A stretch of DNA of 64,000 bases, taken from positions 78,374-142,373 of the forward strand of contig DUMU01000007.1 in the NCBI GenBank assembly GCA_012839805.1, written 5' to 3'. The notes below the pieces were generated by a model that was given only the letters and a program-made list of their open reading frames with translations, was not told where the DNA came from and ran no database searches. The position numbers were made by a program, and so were the translations under genes. This DNA comes from Bacillota bacterium. GTDB taxonomy: Bacteria; Bacillota; Limnochordia; Limnochordales; DUMU01. Positions 47,565-58,534 of this stretch are shown here, piece after piece (positions within the stretch are counted from its first letter, which is position 1; every line of letters begins with the position of its first letter).

Positions 47565-50237
47565 ATGCCTGAGCCCGAGCCCCTCGATGGTGTCCGCCGC
47601 ACCCTGCGCCGGCGGGGTGGAGTGCAGCGCACGCTGCCTCTCTTGCCGCTACGCAGCATGGTCATCTTTCCCGGCCAGGTGGTGAGCCTGGACGTGGGGA
47701 GGCCCCGGTCGGTCGCGGCCATCCGCGAAGCACTCCGTCACGACGGGCTGATGGTGGTGGCCGCCCAGCGCCACGCCGACCAGTTGGAGCCCGACCGGGA
47801 GGGGATTTACGATTACGGGACGATGGTCCGCCTGCTACCACCGGCCGGGTTGCTACCGATGGTGAGTGTTCCGTCCCGCTCCGGCCGTTCGCCGGCGAGC
47901 GACGTTCCGGCGGGTGGTGCTCGGGCGGATGGCGCTCTGGTGGGCGGCGCCACGGCGGGCGGGATTGCTACGGAGTTTGAGGCTTTCCGGGTGAGCGTCC
48001 GGGGGCTGGATAGGGTCAGGTTGGTCAGGGTATGGAAGACACCCTTCTACCGCGCCACGGTTCGGGTGGTACCGGACAGCCAAGGGACGGCTGGCGGCGA
48101 CGAGATGGCGGCGGCGCTCTTGGCCTTGCAGCGCCGGTTGAAGGAGTATGCCGAGGTGGGCCGGCCGCCGCTTTTCGAGACCCCGGAAGTCCCGGAAGAG
48201 CTGCTTGCTCACCCCGGCTGGTTGGCGGACCTGCTCGCGGCCCGGCTACCGCTGGGAGTCAACGAAAAGCAAGAGATCCTGGAGGAACTCGACCCGTTGG
48301 TGCGGCTCGAACGGGTTTACGAGCGCCTGAACCGGGAGATCGCGGTGGCCCGGCTCGACCAGCGCATCCAGGAGCGGGTGCGGGAGCAGATGGAGCGGGC
48401 CCAGAAGGAGTATTACCTCCGGGAGCAGTTGCGGGCCATCCAGCGGGAGCTTGGTGAGGCAGACGGGCTCTCGGTCGCCGACGCCGAAGGCGACGGGTAT
48501 CGCCAGCGAATAGAGCAGGCGGGAATGCCCGAAGAAGCAAAGCACAAGGCCTTGCAGGAACTGGAGCGACTGGGACGGATGCCCTCCATCTCTCCGGAGG
48601 CCGCGGTGATCCGGACGTACCTTGACTGGTTGCTCGCGATTCCCTGGCAGAAGACGAGCGAGGACCGCCTCGACCTGGCCTCCGCCAGGGAGGTGCTGGA
48701 GGCCGACCATTACGGCCTGGAAGAGGCCAAACGGCGCATCCTCGAGTTCCTGGCCGTAAGACGCCTGGCCGGGACGGGAGTGAGCAAAGGGCCCATTCTC
48801 TGCCTGGTCGGGCCTCCTGGCGTGGGCAAGACCTCCCTCGCCCGGTCGGTGGCCCGGGCCCTGGGCCGTCGCTTCGTCCGTTTTTCCCTGGGGGGGCTCC
48901 GGGACGAAGCGGAAATCCGCGGTCACCGGCGCACCTACGTGGGCGCGCTTCCCGGTCGGATCATCCAGGCGTTGAAGCAGGCCGGCACGAGGAATCCGGT
49001 CATCCTGCTCGATGAGGTCGACAAGATGGGCATGGACTTCCGGGGGGATCCTGCGTCGGCTCTGCTCGAAGTCCTCGATCCCGAACAAAACAAGGCCTTT
49101 TCCGACCATTACCTTGAAGTCCCGGTAGACCTGAGCGAAGTGCTTTTCATCACCACGGCCAACTATCTCGGGGCTATCCCCAGGCCACTCCTCGACCGGA
49201 TGGAGACCATCGAGATCCCCGGCTACACCGAAGCGGAGAAATTCCAGATCGGCAAGCGGTATCTCTGGCCGAAGCAGCTACGGGAGAACGGCCTGACGCC
49301 GGAGGCAGTTCAGCTGAGTGAGGGAGCGTTGCGGGACATCATCCGGCGCTATACGCGGGAGGCCGGGGTGAGACAGCTCGAACGGCAGCTGGGGAAGCTT
49401 TGCCGGCGAGTGGCCCTTCATATCGTCGAACGGCGCGAAAGCCTCGCTCCCGGAGAGCGCGAGAGCGAGCCCTGCGATGCACTCCACCTGCGCATCACCC
49501 GGCGAGGGCTGAAAGAGTACTTGGGGGCGCCGCTTAACCGGTTCGGGGAGGCTGAACTCCAGGACCGGGTAGGAGTGGCGACCGGCCTGGCGTACACGGA
49601 GGCCGGGGGAGACATCCTCGCGATCGAAGTCCTGGTGGCCCCGGGGATGGGGCGTTTCGTGCTCACCGGTAAACTGGGCGAGGTGATGCGGGAATCGGCC
49701 CAGGCGGCCCTGAGCTTCATCCGTTCCCGCCGGCAAGCGCTGGGCATTGGCCAGGACTTTCCCGACCGGTTGGACATTCACATGCACATCCCGGAAGGAG
49801 CGATTCCCAAAGACGGGCCGTCGGCCGGGATAACCATCGCCACCGCCCTGGCTTCGGCTCTGACCGGTCGCCCGGTCCGGCACGACGTGGCCATGACCGG
49901 CGAGATAACCTTGCGGGGCAGGATACTCCCCGTGGGCGGGCTCCGGGAGAAGCTCCTCGCGGCGGTCAGATCCGGGATTGGTACGGTGCTCGTTCCGGCA
50001 GAGAATGAAAAGGATCTGGCCGAGATGCCCGCCGAGGTGAAGCGCCGGCTGGATATCCGGCTCGTCCGGGAGATGGACGAGGTCCTGGCCCAAGCGCTGC
50101 TACCACCACCGGAAAGCGAGAAGGCCGGTGATGATGAGGCGAGGGGCGAAGCTAAAGAGGAATCGACGGCGGCACAGAATCCCGAGGCCCGGCCCTCGGG
50201 CAAGGGGGCCGGAGAGAAAGCGGCCAGGGCGGGATGA
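47565..50237 (+). CDS. lon: ATP-dependent endopeptidase Lon (LonA)
   Basis: [23 protein letters not shown], Walker [23 protein letters not shown]...[17 protein letters not shown] at 47565 after aaggag (8-nt spacer). Confidence 0.93.
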   Translation: MPEPEPLDGVRRTLRRRGGVQRTLPLLPLRSMVIFPGQVVSLDVGRPRSVAAIREALRHDGLMVVAAQRHADQLEPDREGIYDYGTMVRLLPPAGLLPMVSVPSRSGRSPASDVPAGGARADGALVGGATAGGIATEFEAFRVSVRGLDRVRLVRVWKTPFYRATVRVVPDSQGTAGGDEMAAALLALQRRLKEYAEVGRPPLFETPEVPEELLAHPGWLADLLAARLPLGVNEKQEILEELDPLVRLERVYERLNREIAVARLDQRIQERVREQMERAQKEYYLREQLRAIQRELGEADGLSVADAEGDGYRQRIEQAGMPEEAKHKALQELERLGRMPSISPEAAVIRTYLDWLLAIPWQKTSEDRLDLASAREVLEADHYGLEEAKRRILEFLAVRRLAGTGVSKGPILCLVGPPGVGKTSLARSVARALGRRFVRFSLGGLRDEAEIRGHRRTYVGALPGRIIQALKQAGTRNPVILLDEVDKMGMDFRGDPASALLEVLDPEQNKAFSDHYLEVPVDLSEVLFITTANYLGAIPRPLLDRMETIEIPGYTEAEKFQIGKRYLWPKQLRENGLTPEAVQLSEGALRDIIRRYTREAGVRQLERQLGKLCRRVALHIVERRESLAPGERESEPCDALHLRITRRGLKEYLGAPLNRFGEAELQDRVGVATGLAYTEAGGDILAIEVLVAPGMGRFVLTGKLGEVMRESAQAALSFIRSRRQALGIGQDFPDRLDIHMHIPEGAIPKDGPSAGITIATALASALTGRPVRHDVAMTGEITLRGRILPVGGLREKLLAAVRSGIGTVLVPAENEKDLAEMPAEVKRRLDIRLVREMDEVLAQALLPPPESEKAGDDEARGEAKEESTAAQNPEARPSGKGAGEKAARAG

Positions 50238-50266
50238 CTCCGGCCGGGGAGACGGAGGGCGGCAAT

Positions 50267-51259
50267 ATGGACCGAATAGGGCACTGGCACGAGATCATGG
50301 AGGAAGAAGCCATCCGCGGCCTGGCAGGTCGCGACTTCCTTTCCCTTGCGGACTTCGAACCCGGGGAGATCCGGGCCCTCATCCGGCTGGCTCGGGCGCT
50401 GAAAGCGGCCCGGCGGCAGGGAGAGCCCCATCGGCTGCTGGAGGGCCGCGCGCTGGCCATGATCTTCCGCAAACCTTCCACTCGTACCCGGGTGGCCTTC
50501 GAGGTAGGGATGGTAGAACTAGGCGGTTATCCCCTCTACCTTTCCGGCAGTGAGATCCAGCTCAGCCGCGGCGAAAGCCTGGCAGATACGGCCCGGGTGT
50601 TGTCGCGCATGGTTCACGGTATCATGATCCGGACTTTTGCCCAGGAGGAAGTAGAGGAGCTCGCCCGTCATGCTTCGGTTCCAGTGATCAACGGCCTGAC
50701 CGACCTGCTCCACCCGACGCAGGTGCTGGCCGACCTCGTCACGCTGTCGGAAAAATGGGGTGAGTTGAGCGGGCATCGTCTTGCCTATGTGGGCGACGGG
50801 AACAACATGAGCCATTCCCTGGCTTTGGGCGGGGGGCTGATGGGGATGGAGATCGTGCTGGCGACCCCGCCGGAGTATGCTCCCGATCAGGAGGTCCTTG
50901 CCAAGGCCCGGCGACTCGCGGGCGCGCAGGGGGGCCGGGTCGAATGGACCGATGACCCGCGAGCCGCGGTACGCGGGGCGCACGCCATTTACACCGATAC
51001 ATGGGTCAGTATGGGGCAGCAGACGAGCGGGGAAGCCAGAGAAGCCAAAATAGCGCGCCTTTTACCCTATCAGGTGAACCGGGAGCTGCTCGAGCTGGCC
51101 GCTCCCGGCGCCCTGGTGATGCATTGCCTGCCTGCGCACCGGGGCGAAGAAGCGACCGGAGAAGTTCTCGATGGGCCTGCTTCGATTATCTTCGATCAGG
51201 CCGAGAACCGGCTGCATGCTCACAAAGCCATTTTGGCGGCCTTGTTACGCGGGGTTTGA
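50267..51259 (+). CDS. argF: ornithine carbamoyltransferase
   Basis: [35 protein letters not shown] at 50267 after ggaggg (7-nt spacer). Confidence 0.9.
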   Translation: MDRIGHWHEIMEEEAIRGLAGRDFLSLADFEPGEIRALIRLARALKAARRQGEPHRLLEGRALAMIFRKPSTRTRVAFEVGMVELGGYPLYLSGSEIQLSRGESLADTARVLSRMVHGIMIRTFAQEEVEELARHASVPVINGLTDLLHPTQVLADLVTLSEKWGELSGHRLAYVGDGNNMSHSLALGGGLMGMEIVLATPPEYAPDQEVLAKARRLAGAQGGRVEWTDDPRAAVRGAHAIYTDTWVSMGQQTSGEAREAKIARLLPYQVNRELLELAAPGALVMHCLPAHRGEEATGEVLDGPASIIFDQAENRLHAHKAILAALLRGV

Positions 51260-51958
51260 ACTTCCGGCGGGAGGAAAAGTGAGGGCGCGGGACCGGATCA
51301 CACAAGCATCCGTGCCCAGAGAGCGGACCTGGGCCGCCGGAACGATCAGGGCCGGTTGCAGGCGCAGATAGCTCCAGAGGGTGCTTTCCCGCACGACCAG
51401 GGCATCCAACCTTCCCGACCTGGTTTCCACGACGAGGTCCTGCAGGATCCCGATCCTTTCACCTTCCTCTGTGATGACGGGCAGGCCCCCCAGGCGCGGG
51501 GGCGGGCTGGTTCCCGGGGGGTGCGAATGGCCGGTACCGGGGTGAGCTGCGGCGCACACTTCCGGCGGAGGTCCGGCCGCGGGCCTCGTTCCCGGAGACC
51601 AGAAAGCGCGGTGCCACGGCCGGGGTTGCCGCTGCACCCTCGCCCAGTCGATCAGCGCCGCCAGGGCGGGCCGGTTACCCGGTGTGGCCAGGGCGGCAGC
51701 CGAGGGTATGGTTACTGCGTGAGGTCCGATGGCGATCACCTCGGTTAGGGCGAGAAGCCGGTAGACGCCGGAAGAGGGGTTGGTTTCGGCTTCCCGGGCG
51801 GCCAAGCCTGGGTCGAGAACACAAAGGAGCCCTTCCAGGTTGAACGAGCGGGGATGGAAGAGACCTTGTTCCACCGTGGCCAACCGGCGACCGGAGTCGA
51901 TGGCCAGCACCGGGCGGCCCTGAAGATCGCCGAGACGCACCGTGGTGGTGGCAGGCAT
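51245..51958 (-). CDS. PRC-barrel domain protein (two PRC-like modules joined by a Pro-rich linker)
   Basis: LGDLQGRPVLAIDSGRRLATVEQGLF and LPVITEEGERIGILQDLVVETRSGRLDALVV. ATG at 51958 after gggaggaa. 3' end overlaps argF by 15 nt (convergent). Confidence 0.6.
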   Translation of the reverse strand: MPATTTVRLGDLQGRPVLAIDSGRRLATVEQGLFHPRSFNLEGLLCVLDPGLAAREAETNPSSGVYRLLALTEVIAIGPHAVTIPSAAALATPGNRPALAALIDWARVQRQPRPWHRAFWSPGTRPAAGPPPEVCAAAHPGTGHSHPPGTSPPPRLGGLPVITEEGERIGILQDLVVETRSGRLDALVVRESTLWSYLRLQPALIVPAAQVRSLGTDACVIRSRALTFPPAGSSNPA

Positions 51959-52170
51959 GGCCGGCTGTTCCTCCCGTCCTTTCCCTTGACCCAATCGTGA
52001 TTGTGCCGGCAGTGAACGCCCGTCGCGACCTGAGGCGAGGGCGATCCTGGCGATCGAAAGCGCACGGGTACGAAACCTCACGTTGGCGACAGTCCAGTCT
52101 ATGAGGATGGGTAAAGGGTTATGACGATCGGCCGGCTTCCGGCCGCGTGAGTTGACCGGTCGGCGCGAAT

Positions 52171-52200
52171 CGAGGGGGCGCGGGTAACGTCGCCCCCTCG
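52171..52200. other. perfect 10-bp GC hairpin downstream of doxX (possible terminator)
   Basis: CGAGGGGGCG-cgggtaacgt-CGCCCCCTCG read directly. Confidence 0.4.
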
Positions 52201-52243
52201 TTGCCTCGTTGGCCCGGTGTTGGGCAGCTTATTGAGTCATCTG

Positions 52244-52807
52244 CTACCGGCCGGCCTGCCGGGCGGTTTCCCGGGCTTTGGCGATTCCCGCCAGCCCCCC
52301 GCTTCCAGACAGGCGCAGAGCCTGGAGGAATCTCTGCCAGTAGGGTCGGACGTATGGAAGCAGGAAATGGTCGAGACCATAGGCACCGGCGGTTGCTCCG
52401 GCCGCAATGATTACAATCTCCAGCGTATAGAGAATCGGGTTGGTGCTCGTCGTGCCCGCCAGCATGAAGTTGAGGTTCATGAAAGCGCCCATGACGGCGG
52501 CAAAGGTGGTGAACGCACCCAGGATCAGAGCGAGTCCCACCAGCGTCTCACCGATGGGGATCAGATAGGTGAAGAAACCGGAGGACGGTATGGCGATCTC
52601 TTTCAGGAACCAGGCGTACCAGCTCTGTACGGCAGGATGTTCACCCGTCGCTTTGGCGAGAGCGCCCTGGAAGAAACCGTTAATGGCCACTCCGGCCTTC
52701 TCTCCCACCCATACCGGACTGTGGAGCTTCTCCCAGCCGGCCTCGAGCCACTGGGAACCCACATACAAGCGGATGAGAAGGAGCAGTGCCCGCTTGAACG
52801 TCGACAT
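52244..52807 (-). CDS. DoxX family membrane protein
   Basis: LLLLIRLYVGSQWLEAGWEKL... with four TM helices. ATG at 52807 after ggaggggagg. Confidence 0.8.
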   Translation of the reverse strand: MSTFKRALLLLIRLYVGSQWLEAGWEKLHSPVWVGEKAGVAINGFFQGALAKATGEHPAVQSWYAWFLKEIAIPSSGFFTYLIPIGETLVGLALILGAFTTFAAVMGAFMNLNFMLAGTTSTNPILYTLEIVIIAAGATAGAYGLDHFLLPYVRPYWQRFLQALRLSGSGGLAGIAKARETARQAGR

Positions 52808-53038
52808 GTGTCTTACCTCCCCTCCAATGAACATGTTACGGTGTTCACAGTATCAAAGGTAGATGCCGGGTGGCGTTTACGGGACATATGTCCTATAGAT
52901 GTTCAGACAAACGTCTCGGACGGGAGGGGTGGGCGGCCCGACTCGGGAAGGAGAGGGTCAAGGCCCCTACCCGCGAGGAGTCAGGGGTGGCGGGGAAGTA
53001 GCGTTCGGGTGTAAAAAACATTGGAGGTGGATGTCCCA

Positions 53039-54490
53039 GTGGGGCCAGAAAAAAGGCTGTTGTCGCTGCCGCCTTCGGTGCCGGCAGAGATCTTCCGTGA
53101 ATATGACCTGCGGGGTTTGACCGCGTCCCAGCTTACCCCCGAGGTCATGGGGCTTTTGGGGAGAGTGCTCGCCCGCTACTACCAGGACGCGGGCGAGAAG
53201 CGGGTGCTGGTAGGTCGTGATAACCGCCTGAGCTCTCCGGACCTGCGCGACGCACTGGTAGAAAACCTGCTCGCGAACGGCATGGACGTGGTCGATCTCG
53301 GCGTGGTCACTACCCCGCTTTTCTACTACGCCCGCGTTCATCTGGGACTGAATGCCGGTCTGATGATCACTGCGAGCCATAACCCCCCGCAATACAATGG
53401 CCTCAAAGTCGCTCTCGGCTTCGCGACGATCTACGGCGAGGAGATCCAGCGCCTGCGCGCCCTGGCCGACCGGCTGCTCCGCGAAGAACACGCCCGGGGG
53501 AAACCTGCGACCGCGACGGCGCCCGGCAAACTCGAACTGGTGAACGAGGGGAACTCCTATATCAACATGCTGGTAGAGAAAATCCGCCTGGGGCCGAGAA
53601 GGCTGAAGGTGGCCGTTGACTGCGGCAACGGAACGGCCAGCCTCTTTGCCGTGGAGTTCCTTGAGCGTCTCGGCTGCCAGGTGATTCCGCTTTATTGCGA
53701 GCCGGACGGGCATTTTCCCCATCATGAACCCGACCCCACCGTCAGTGCTAATCTTCGCGACCTCCAGCAGGCGGTGGTGGAGAACGGCGCGGACGTCGGT
53801 ATCGGGTTCGACGGCGACGCAGACCGGATCGGGGTGGTAGACGATCACGGCCAGATCGTGTGGGGCGATGAACTGATGATCCTATACTGGCGCGAGATCC
53901 TCCCCCGGTACCCGGGCGCGGTGGCCATTACCGAGGTCAAGTGCTCGCAAGCGCTGGTCGAGGAGATCGAGCGACTGGGAGGCAAACCGTTGTGGTACAA
54001 GACCGGCCACTCGCTCATCAAAGCGAAGATGAAGGAACTGGGTGCGGTCTTCACCGGTGAGATGTCCGGCCATATGTTCTTTGCCGACGAGTATTACGGC
54101 TTCGACGACGCGTTCTACGCCGCCGGCCGGCTCCTGCGCATACTCTCCCATGCTGATGAACCGCTTTCGAAGCTTCGCTCCGCCATCCCTCATTACCCCA
54201 GTACGGCCGAGACGCGGGTGCCTTGTACCGAGGAGGGTAAATTCCGGGTGGTGGCTGCGTTGCGGGAGGAGTTCCGGAGGAGGGACGGGGTGCTCGAAGT
54301 CATCACGGTGGACGGAGCTCGAGTAGTCTTCCCGGACGGATGGGGATTGGTCAGGGCCTCCAATACGCAGCCGGTCATCGTGGCCCGCTGTGAGGGGAGA
54401 ACGCCGGAAGCGCTCGCGAGGATCACTCAGACCATGAAAGAGGCGCTGCTGCGCCACCCCGAGGTTCGCGAGTTCGAGTGGGCCTATTGA
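53039..54490 (+). CDS. phosphomannomutase/phosphoglucomutase (alpha-D-phosphohexomutase family)
   Basis: Active-site TASHNPPQYNGLKV, Mg site GFDGDADRIGVVD, sugar loop GEMSGHMFF. GTG at 53039 after ggaggtgg. The ORF opens at TTG 53021. Confidence 0.88.
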   Translation: MGPEKRLLSLPPSVPAEIFREYDLRGLTASQLTPEVMGLLGRVLARYYQDAGEKRVLVGRDNRLSSPDLRDALVENLLANGMDVVDLGVVTTPLFYYARVHLGLNAGLMITASHNPPQYNGLKVALGFATIYGEEIQRLRALADRLLREEHARGKPATATAPGKLELVNEGNSYINMLVEKIRLGPRRLKVAVDCGNGTASLFAVEFLERLGCQVIPLYCEPDGHFPHHEPDPTVSANLRDLQQAVVENGADVGIGFDGDADRIGVVDDHGQIVWGDELMILYWREILPRYPGAVAITEVKCSQALVEEIERLGGKPLWYKTGHSLIKAKMKELGAVFTGEMSGHMFFADEYYGFDDAFYAAGRLLRILSHADEPLSKLRSAIPHYPSTAETRVPCTEEGKFRVVAALREEFRRRDGVLEVITVDGARVVFPDGWGLVRASNTQPVIVARCEGRTPEALARITQTMKEALLRHPEVREFEWAY

Positions 54491-54514
54491 GGGAGACGCC
54501 GGGGGGGCGGCCGC

Positions 54515-55204
54515 TTGCAGTTCAAAAGGTTACTCGAGCTTTTCCTGATTTTCTTCAAGATCGGGGCTTTCACGTTTGGGGGGGGATACGCCATGATCCC
54601 GCTGATCCGGCGCGAGATCTCGGAGCGGCGGGAGTGGCTGTCCCCCGGGGATTTCGCCGATGTCCTCGCCATCGTCCAAAGTGCTCCCGGGGCGATTGCC
54701 GTCAATACCGCCGCCTTCGTGGGATGGCGGCTGGGAGGATTTCCCGGGCTGGTCCTGGCCGTCCTGGGAGCCACCCTGCCGTCACTGCTCACGATCCTCA
54801 TCGTCGCGGCCGTCTTCCTCACGTTCCAGCAGAACGAGTTCGTAAACGCCGTATTCGCGGGTTTGCGCCCGGCGGTGTTCGCCCTGATCGTCTCGGCTGT
54901 GTTCACTGTTGGTAGGGATGTGTTGGGCCGCCGCGCGCCGGCCGGGGAAGCGAACGGGCCGGCCGCCGGGGAGGCGAACCGGAGTACGGCGGCACGGGAG
55001 TCGAGCCGGGCCGATCGCCGCTTTGGCGTCGCCGAGATCGTCATCGGGGTGTTGCTCCTCACCCTGGTGCGACTCCACCCCATCCTGGTGATCTTGCTGG
55101 CCGGGGCGGCGGGCATCGTGCGGGGCAGGGTGATCGCGGCGCGGGGGCTGAGGGCTCGAACTCGATCTCCAGCCGGACCCATCGGAACCACGCACGAGGA
55201 GTGA
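54515..55204 (+). CDS. chromate transporter family protein (short CHR, first half of pair)
   Basis: FLIFFKIGAFTFGGGYAMIPLIRREI...SAPGAIAVNTAAFVG. TTG start. Contains a ~45-aa insert including the tandem AGEANGPA/AGEANRST. Confidence 0.8.
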   Translation: MQFKRLLELFLIFFKIGAFTFGGGYAMIPLIRREISERREWLSPGDFADVLAIVQSAPGAIAVNTAAFVGWRLGGFPGLVLAVLGATLPSLLTILIVAAVFLTFQQNEFVNAVFAGLRPAVFALIVSAVFTVGRDVLGRRAPAGEANGPAAGEANRSTAARESSRADRRFGVAEIVIGVLLLTLVRLHPILVILLAGAAGIVRGRVIAARGLRARTRSPAGPIGTTHEE

Positions 55205-55213
55205 AAGCAACCC

Positions 55214-55753
55214 GTGGCGTCGTTCTTATCGTCTCTCATCAGCCTGTTCTGGAGCTTCTTCAAAATCGGGGCTTTCAGCTTCGGTGGCGGTTACGCGATG
55301 ATTCCCCTCATCGAGCGGGAAATCATCGAGCGCCATGGATGGCTGACCATGGCGCAGTTCATCGATATCATCGCCATTTCGCAGGCGACACCCGGCCCGG
55401 TCGCGGTCAACTCGGCCACCTTCGTCGGCTACCGGGTGGCCGGGGTGACGGGCGGGGTGGTGGCGACCCTGGGGGTGGTTACGCCCTCCGTCCTGGTGAT
55501 CCTCCTGCTTGCCTGGCTCTTTTTCCGCTACCGGTCCCTTGCGGTGGTGCAAGACCTTCTGGCCGGCATCCGGCCCATTCTAGTGGCGTTGATCATTGTA
55601 TCTGCCATCTCGGTCTTCCGCGAGTCGGTGACGGGAGCGACGACTCTGGCCATCGCCTTGGGAGCCCTGGCGGTTCTTACCTGGACCAAGATCGACCCGG
55701 TACTGGTTTTGCTAGGGGGGGCGCTAGCCGGCCTGGTGATCCATTTCCTATGA
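55214..55753 (+). CDS. chromate transporter family protein (short CHR, second half of pair)
   Basis: FWSFFKIGAFSFGGGYAMIPLIEREI...ATPGPVAVNSATFVGY. GTG start. Confidence 0.85.
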   Translation: MASFLSSLISLFWSFFKIGAFSFGGGYAMIPLIEREIIERHGWLTMAQFIDIIAISQATPGPVAVNSATFVGYRVAGVTGGVVATLGVVTPSVLVILLLAWLFFRYRSLAVVQDLLAGIRPILVALIIVSAISVFRESVTGATTLAIALGALAVLTWTKIDPVLVLLGGALAGLVIHFL

Positions 55754-55824
55754 CCTCACCTCGCTCTTCGGGGGAAGGAGGTTGTCTTCCCGCGGAGAAT
55801 GGACAGCCGGAAGGAGGTCCGATT

Positions 55825-56874
55825 ATGAGACTGAGTCTCCATCGGCTAGTTGTCTTGGCAGTGATCGTTCCGGTAGTGTTGGGCGCTCTGGCTCCGGCGT
55901 CGCCGGCCCTGGCGGCCCAAGCGCTGCGGGTCGGTATGGTCACCGACATGGGCGGGATTGACGACAAGAGCTTCAATGCTACCAGCTGGGCAGGGGTGGC
56001 ACGGGCCATCCGGGAGCTGAAGATCGAGGGGCGGTACCTCGAGTCCCAGCAGCAGGCGGATTACGCGAAGAACATTCAGGAGTTCATCAGCCAGAAATAC
56101 GATATGATCATCACCGTCGGCTTCCTGCTGGGTGACGCGACGAAAGAGTTCGCACTGAAAAACCCGGGCACCAAGTTTGCCATCGTCGACTTTGCCTACG
56201 ATCCGGTCATACCCAACGTTCTCGGGCTGACTTTCGCCACGGATGAGGCGGCTTTCCTCGCCGGGTACCTGGCGGCCGGAATGACGAAGACCAAGATCGT
56301 TGCCACCTTTGGCGGCATCCCCATCCCACCGGTCACCATCTTCATGGACGGCTTCGAGGCCGGAGTGAAGTACTATAACCAGGTCCACAAGACGAACGTC
56401 CGGGTGCTCGGCTGGAACGCGAAGACCGGCAAGGGCAGCTTCGTAGGCAACTTCGAGAGCACCGACGACGGGCGGCGCACCGCCGAAGCGCTCTTCGACG
56501 AGGGGGCCGACATCATCATGCCGGTGGCCGGGCCGGTGGGCCTGGGAGCGGCGGCAGCGGCCAAGGCTCGCAACAAGATGTTCATCGGCGTCGACACCGA
56601 CTGGTACGTGAGCGCTCCGGAGTTCAAGGAGATCTACCTCACCAGCGTGATGAAGAACATGGATAACGCCGTCTTTGACGCCATTAAGCTCGCCCAGGAG
56701 GGGAAGTTCAAGGGCGGCGTGTATGTGGGGACGCTGGCCAACGGCGGCGTCGGCATCGCTCCCTTCCATGAGTACGACAATAAAGTCCCTGCTTGGCTCA
56801 AGCGGGAGCTGGACGAGGTCAAGCAGAAGCTGATCCGGGGCGAAATCAACATCAACGCCATCCTGGGCAAATGA
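55825..56874 (+). CDS. BMP family (PnrA/Med-like) ABC transporter substrate-binding protein
   Basis: ATG at 55825 after ggaaggagg. Signal peptide, then LRVGMVTDMGGIDDKSFN...TFGGIPIPPV...GVDTDW. The upstream part of ORF 55201.. overlaps chrA. Confidence 0.88.
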   Translation: MRLSLHRLVVLAVIVPVVLGALAPASPALAAQALRVGMVTDMGGIDDKSFNATSWAGVARAIRELKIEGRYLESQQQADYAKNIQEFISQKYDMIITVGFLLGDATKEFALKNPGTKFAIVDFAYDPVIPNVLGLTFATDEAAFLAGYLAAGMTKTKIVATFGGIPIPPVTIFMDGFEAGVKYYNQVHKTNVRVLGWNAKTGKGSFVGNFESTDDGRRTAEALFDEGADIIMPVAGPVGLGAAAAAKARNKMFIGVDTDWYVSAPEFKEIYLTSVMKNMDNAVFDAIKLAQEGKFKGGVYVGTLANGGVGIAPFHEYDNKVPAWLKRELDEVKQKLIRGEININAILGK

Positions 56875-56926
56875 GGGTAAGTGAGCCGGGTAACCAGGAA
56901 GCAGAGCACTGGAGATCGGTAGCCGG

Positions 56927-58534
56927 ATGGGAGCGCGATCGATGGACGACGTAGAGAAGGCCGGTGTAGGGCGTAACCAAGCTCCAGGTGAAGGGCAGGA
57001 TCGATCGCGGCCGGTGCTCGAACTCCGGGGAATCGTCAAACGGTTCCCCGGAGTCCTTGCGAACGACCATATCAGCCTGAAACTGTACCCGGGCGAAATC
57101 CTGGCCCTCCTTGGTGAGAACGGAGCCGGCAAGACCACTTTGATGAACATCCTCTACGGGTTGCTACCGCCGGACGAGGGGACGGTGATGGTCCGGGGGG
57201 AGCCCGTCCGCTTCAGCAGCCCGGCGGACGCCATCGAAAAGGGGATCGGAATGGTGCACCAGCATTTCATGCTGGTGCCGGTGATGACGGTGGCCGAGAA
57301 CGTGATGCTGGGTGAGGAGAAAGTCCATCATCGTTTCTTTCTGGATCGGGCGGGAGTGAGCGAGGCGATCCGGAAGATTTCCGAACGTTACGGGCTGGCG
57401 GTCGATCCCCAGGCATACGTTCAGGACCTGCCCGTGGGGATCCAGCAGCGCGTCGAGATCATCAAGCTCCTCTACCGGCAGGCAGACATCCTGATTCTGG
57501 ATGAACCGACGGCCGCGCTCACCCCGCAGGAAGTTCACGAGCTTTTCGGTATCTTGAAGGGGCTGGCCGCGGCCGGCCATTCCCTGATCTTCATCACCCA
57601 CAAACTCAAAGAAGCTCTGGAACTCGCCGACCGTATCGTGGTGCTCCGCCGGGGGCAGGTGGTGGGCGAGACCGAGGCCGCCCGGGCAGATGAGGCGACC
57701 CTCGCCCGCATGATGGTGGGACGGGACGTGGAGCTGGTGGTTCAAAAGCCGGTGGCCAGGCCCGGAGAGCCCGTGCTTACGGTGGAGGACCTGTGGGTAG
57801 AGGGCGAACACGGCGAGCCCGCGGTGAGGGGCGTCTCTCTCGAAGTGCGCTCGGGGGAGATCGTCGGCATCGCGGGAGTGCAGGGAAATGGACAGACCGA
57901 GTTCATGGAAGCGCTGGTGGGGCTGCGACCCTCCCGGGCGGGACGGGTGATGCTGCTCGGACGCCCGGTGACGGGTCTTTCCCCCCGGCAGGTACTCGAG
58001 GCGGGGGTGGGCTACATTCCCGAAGATCGGCAGCGGGACGGCTTGATCCTGCCTTTCGCCATTGAGGATAACCTGGTGCTGGATACCTATTACCATCCCC
58101 CGCTCTCCCGCCGGGGCTGGCTCGACCGGAGGGCGATCCGGCAAAGAGCGGAGAAACTCGCGCAGGCGTTTGACATCCGGACGGCTTCGCTCGGGCTACC
58201 GGTTCGCACCCTCTCCGGGGGCAACCAGCAAAAAGTGATCGTGGCCCGGGAACTCTCCCGTTCGATCCGGCTCATCCTGGCCCTGCAGCCGACCCGGGGC
58301 CTGGACGTGGGTTCCATCGAGTATATCCACCAGCGGATCGTGGAAGCCCGGGAGGCGGGGGCAGGGGTGCTCTTCGTCTCCACGGAACTTGACGAGATCC
58401 TGGCGCTCTCCGACCGCATCGTGGTCTTCTACCGCGGGCGGATAGTGGGCACGCTGGAGGCGGCCGCGGCCGATCGAGAGCAGCTGGGATTACTGATGGC
58501 GGGTGCGACCGGAACCGGGGGGGTGGCCGCATGA
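56927..58534 (+). CDS. ABC transporter ATP-binding protein, duplicated ATPase (sugar/nucleoside uptake type)
   Basis: Walker A GENGAGKTT and GVQGNGQTE, signature LSGGNQQKV, Walker [10 protein letters not shown]. Confidence 0.9.
   Translation: MGARSMDDVEKAGVGRNQAPGEGQDRSRPVLELRGIVKRFPGVLANDHISLKLYPGEILALLGENGAGKTTLMNILYGLLPPDEGTVMVRGEPVRFSSPADAIEKGIGMVHQHFMLVPVMTVAENVMLGEEKVHHRFFLDRAGVSEAIRKISERYGLAVDPQAYVQDLPVGIQQRVEIIKLLYRQADILILDEPTAALTPQEVHELFGILKGLAAAGHSLIFITHKLKEALELADRIVVLRRGQVVGETEAARADEATLARMMVGRDVELVVQKPVARPGEPVLTVEDLWVEGEHGEPAVRGVSLEVRSGEIVGIAGVQGNGQTEFMEALVGLRPSRAGRVMLLGRPVTGLSPRQVLEAGVGYIPEDRQRDGLILPFAIEDNLVLDTYYHPPLSRRGWLDRRAIRQRAEKLAQAFDIRTASLGLPVRTLSGGNQQKVIVARELSRSIRLILALQPTRGLDVGSIEYIHQRIVEAREAGAGVLFVSTELDEILALSDRIVVFYRGRIVGTLEAAAADREQLGLLMAGATGTGGVAA

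Noticed and set aside
52882-52893. Perfect 12-bp palindrome GGACATATGTCC between the divergent doxX and phosphohexomutase genes.
   Set aside because: It is short and isolated, I recognise no matching regulator motif, and there is no second copy in the window. It is noted only as a possible operator.
54941-54981. Imperfect 24-nt tandem duplication (gccggggaagcgaacgg / gccggggaggcgaaccg) encoding AGEANGPA-AGEANRST inside chrA.
   Set aside because: It has only two copies, is in frame, and lies within a low-complexity loop insert. It looks like replication slippage rather than a functional repeat or array.
55201-55824. N-terminal 208 codons of ORF 55201..56874.
   Set aside because: They overlap the second chrA gene in another frame and are Arg/Gly/Pro-rich. 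The BMP lipoprotein-like signal peptide starts at the ATG at 55825, which has a strong SD.
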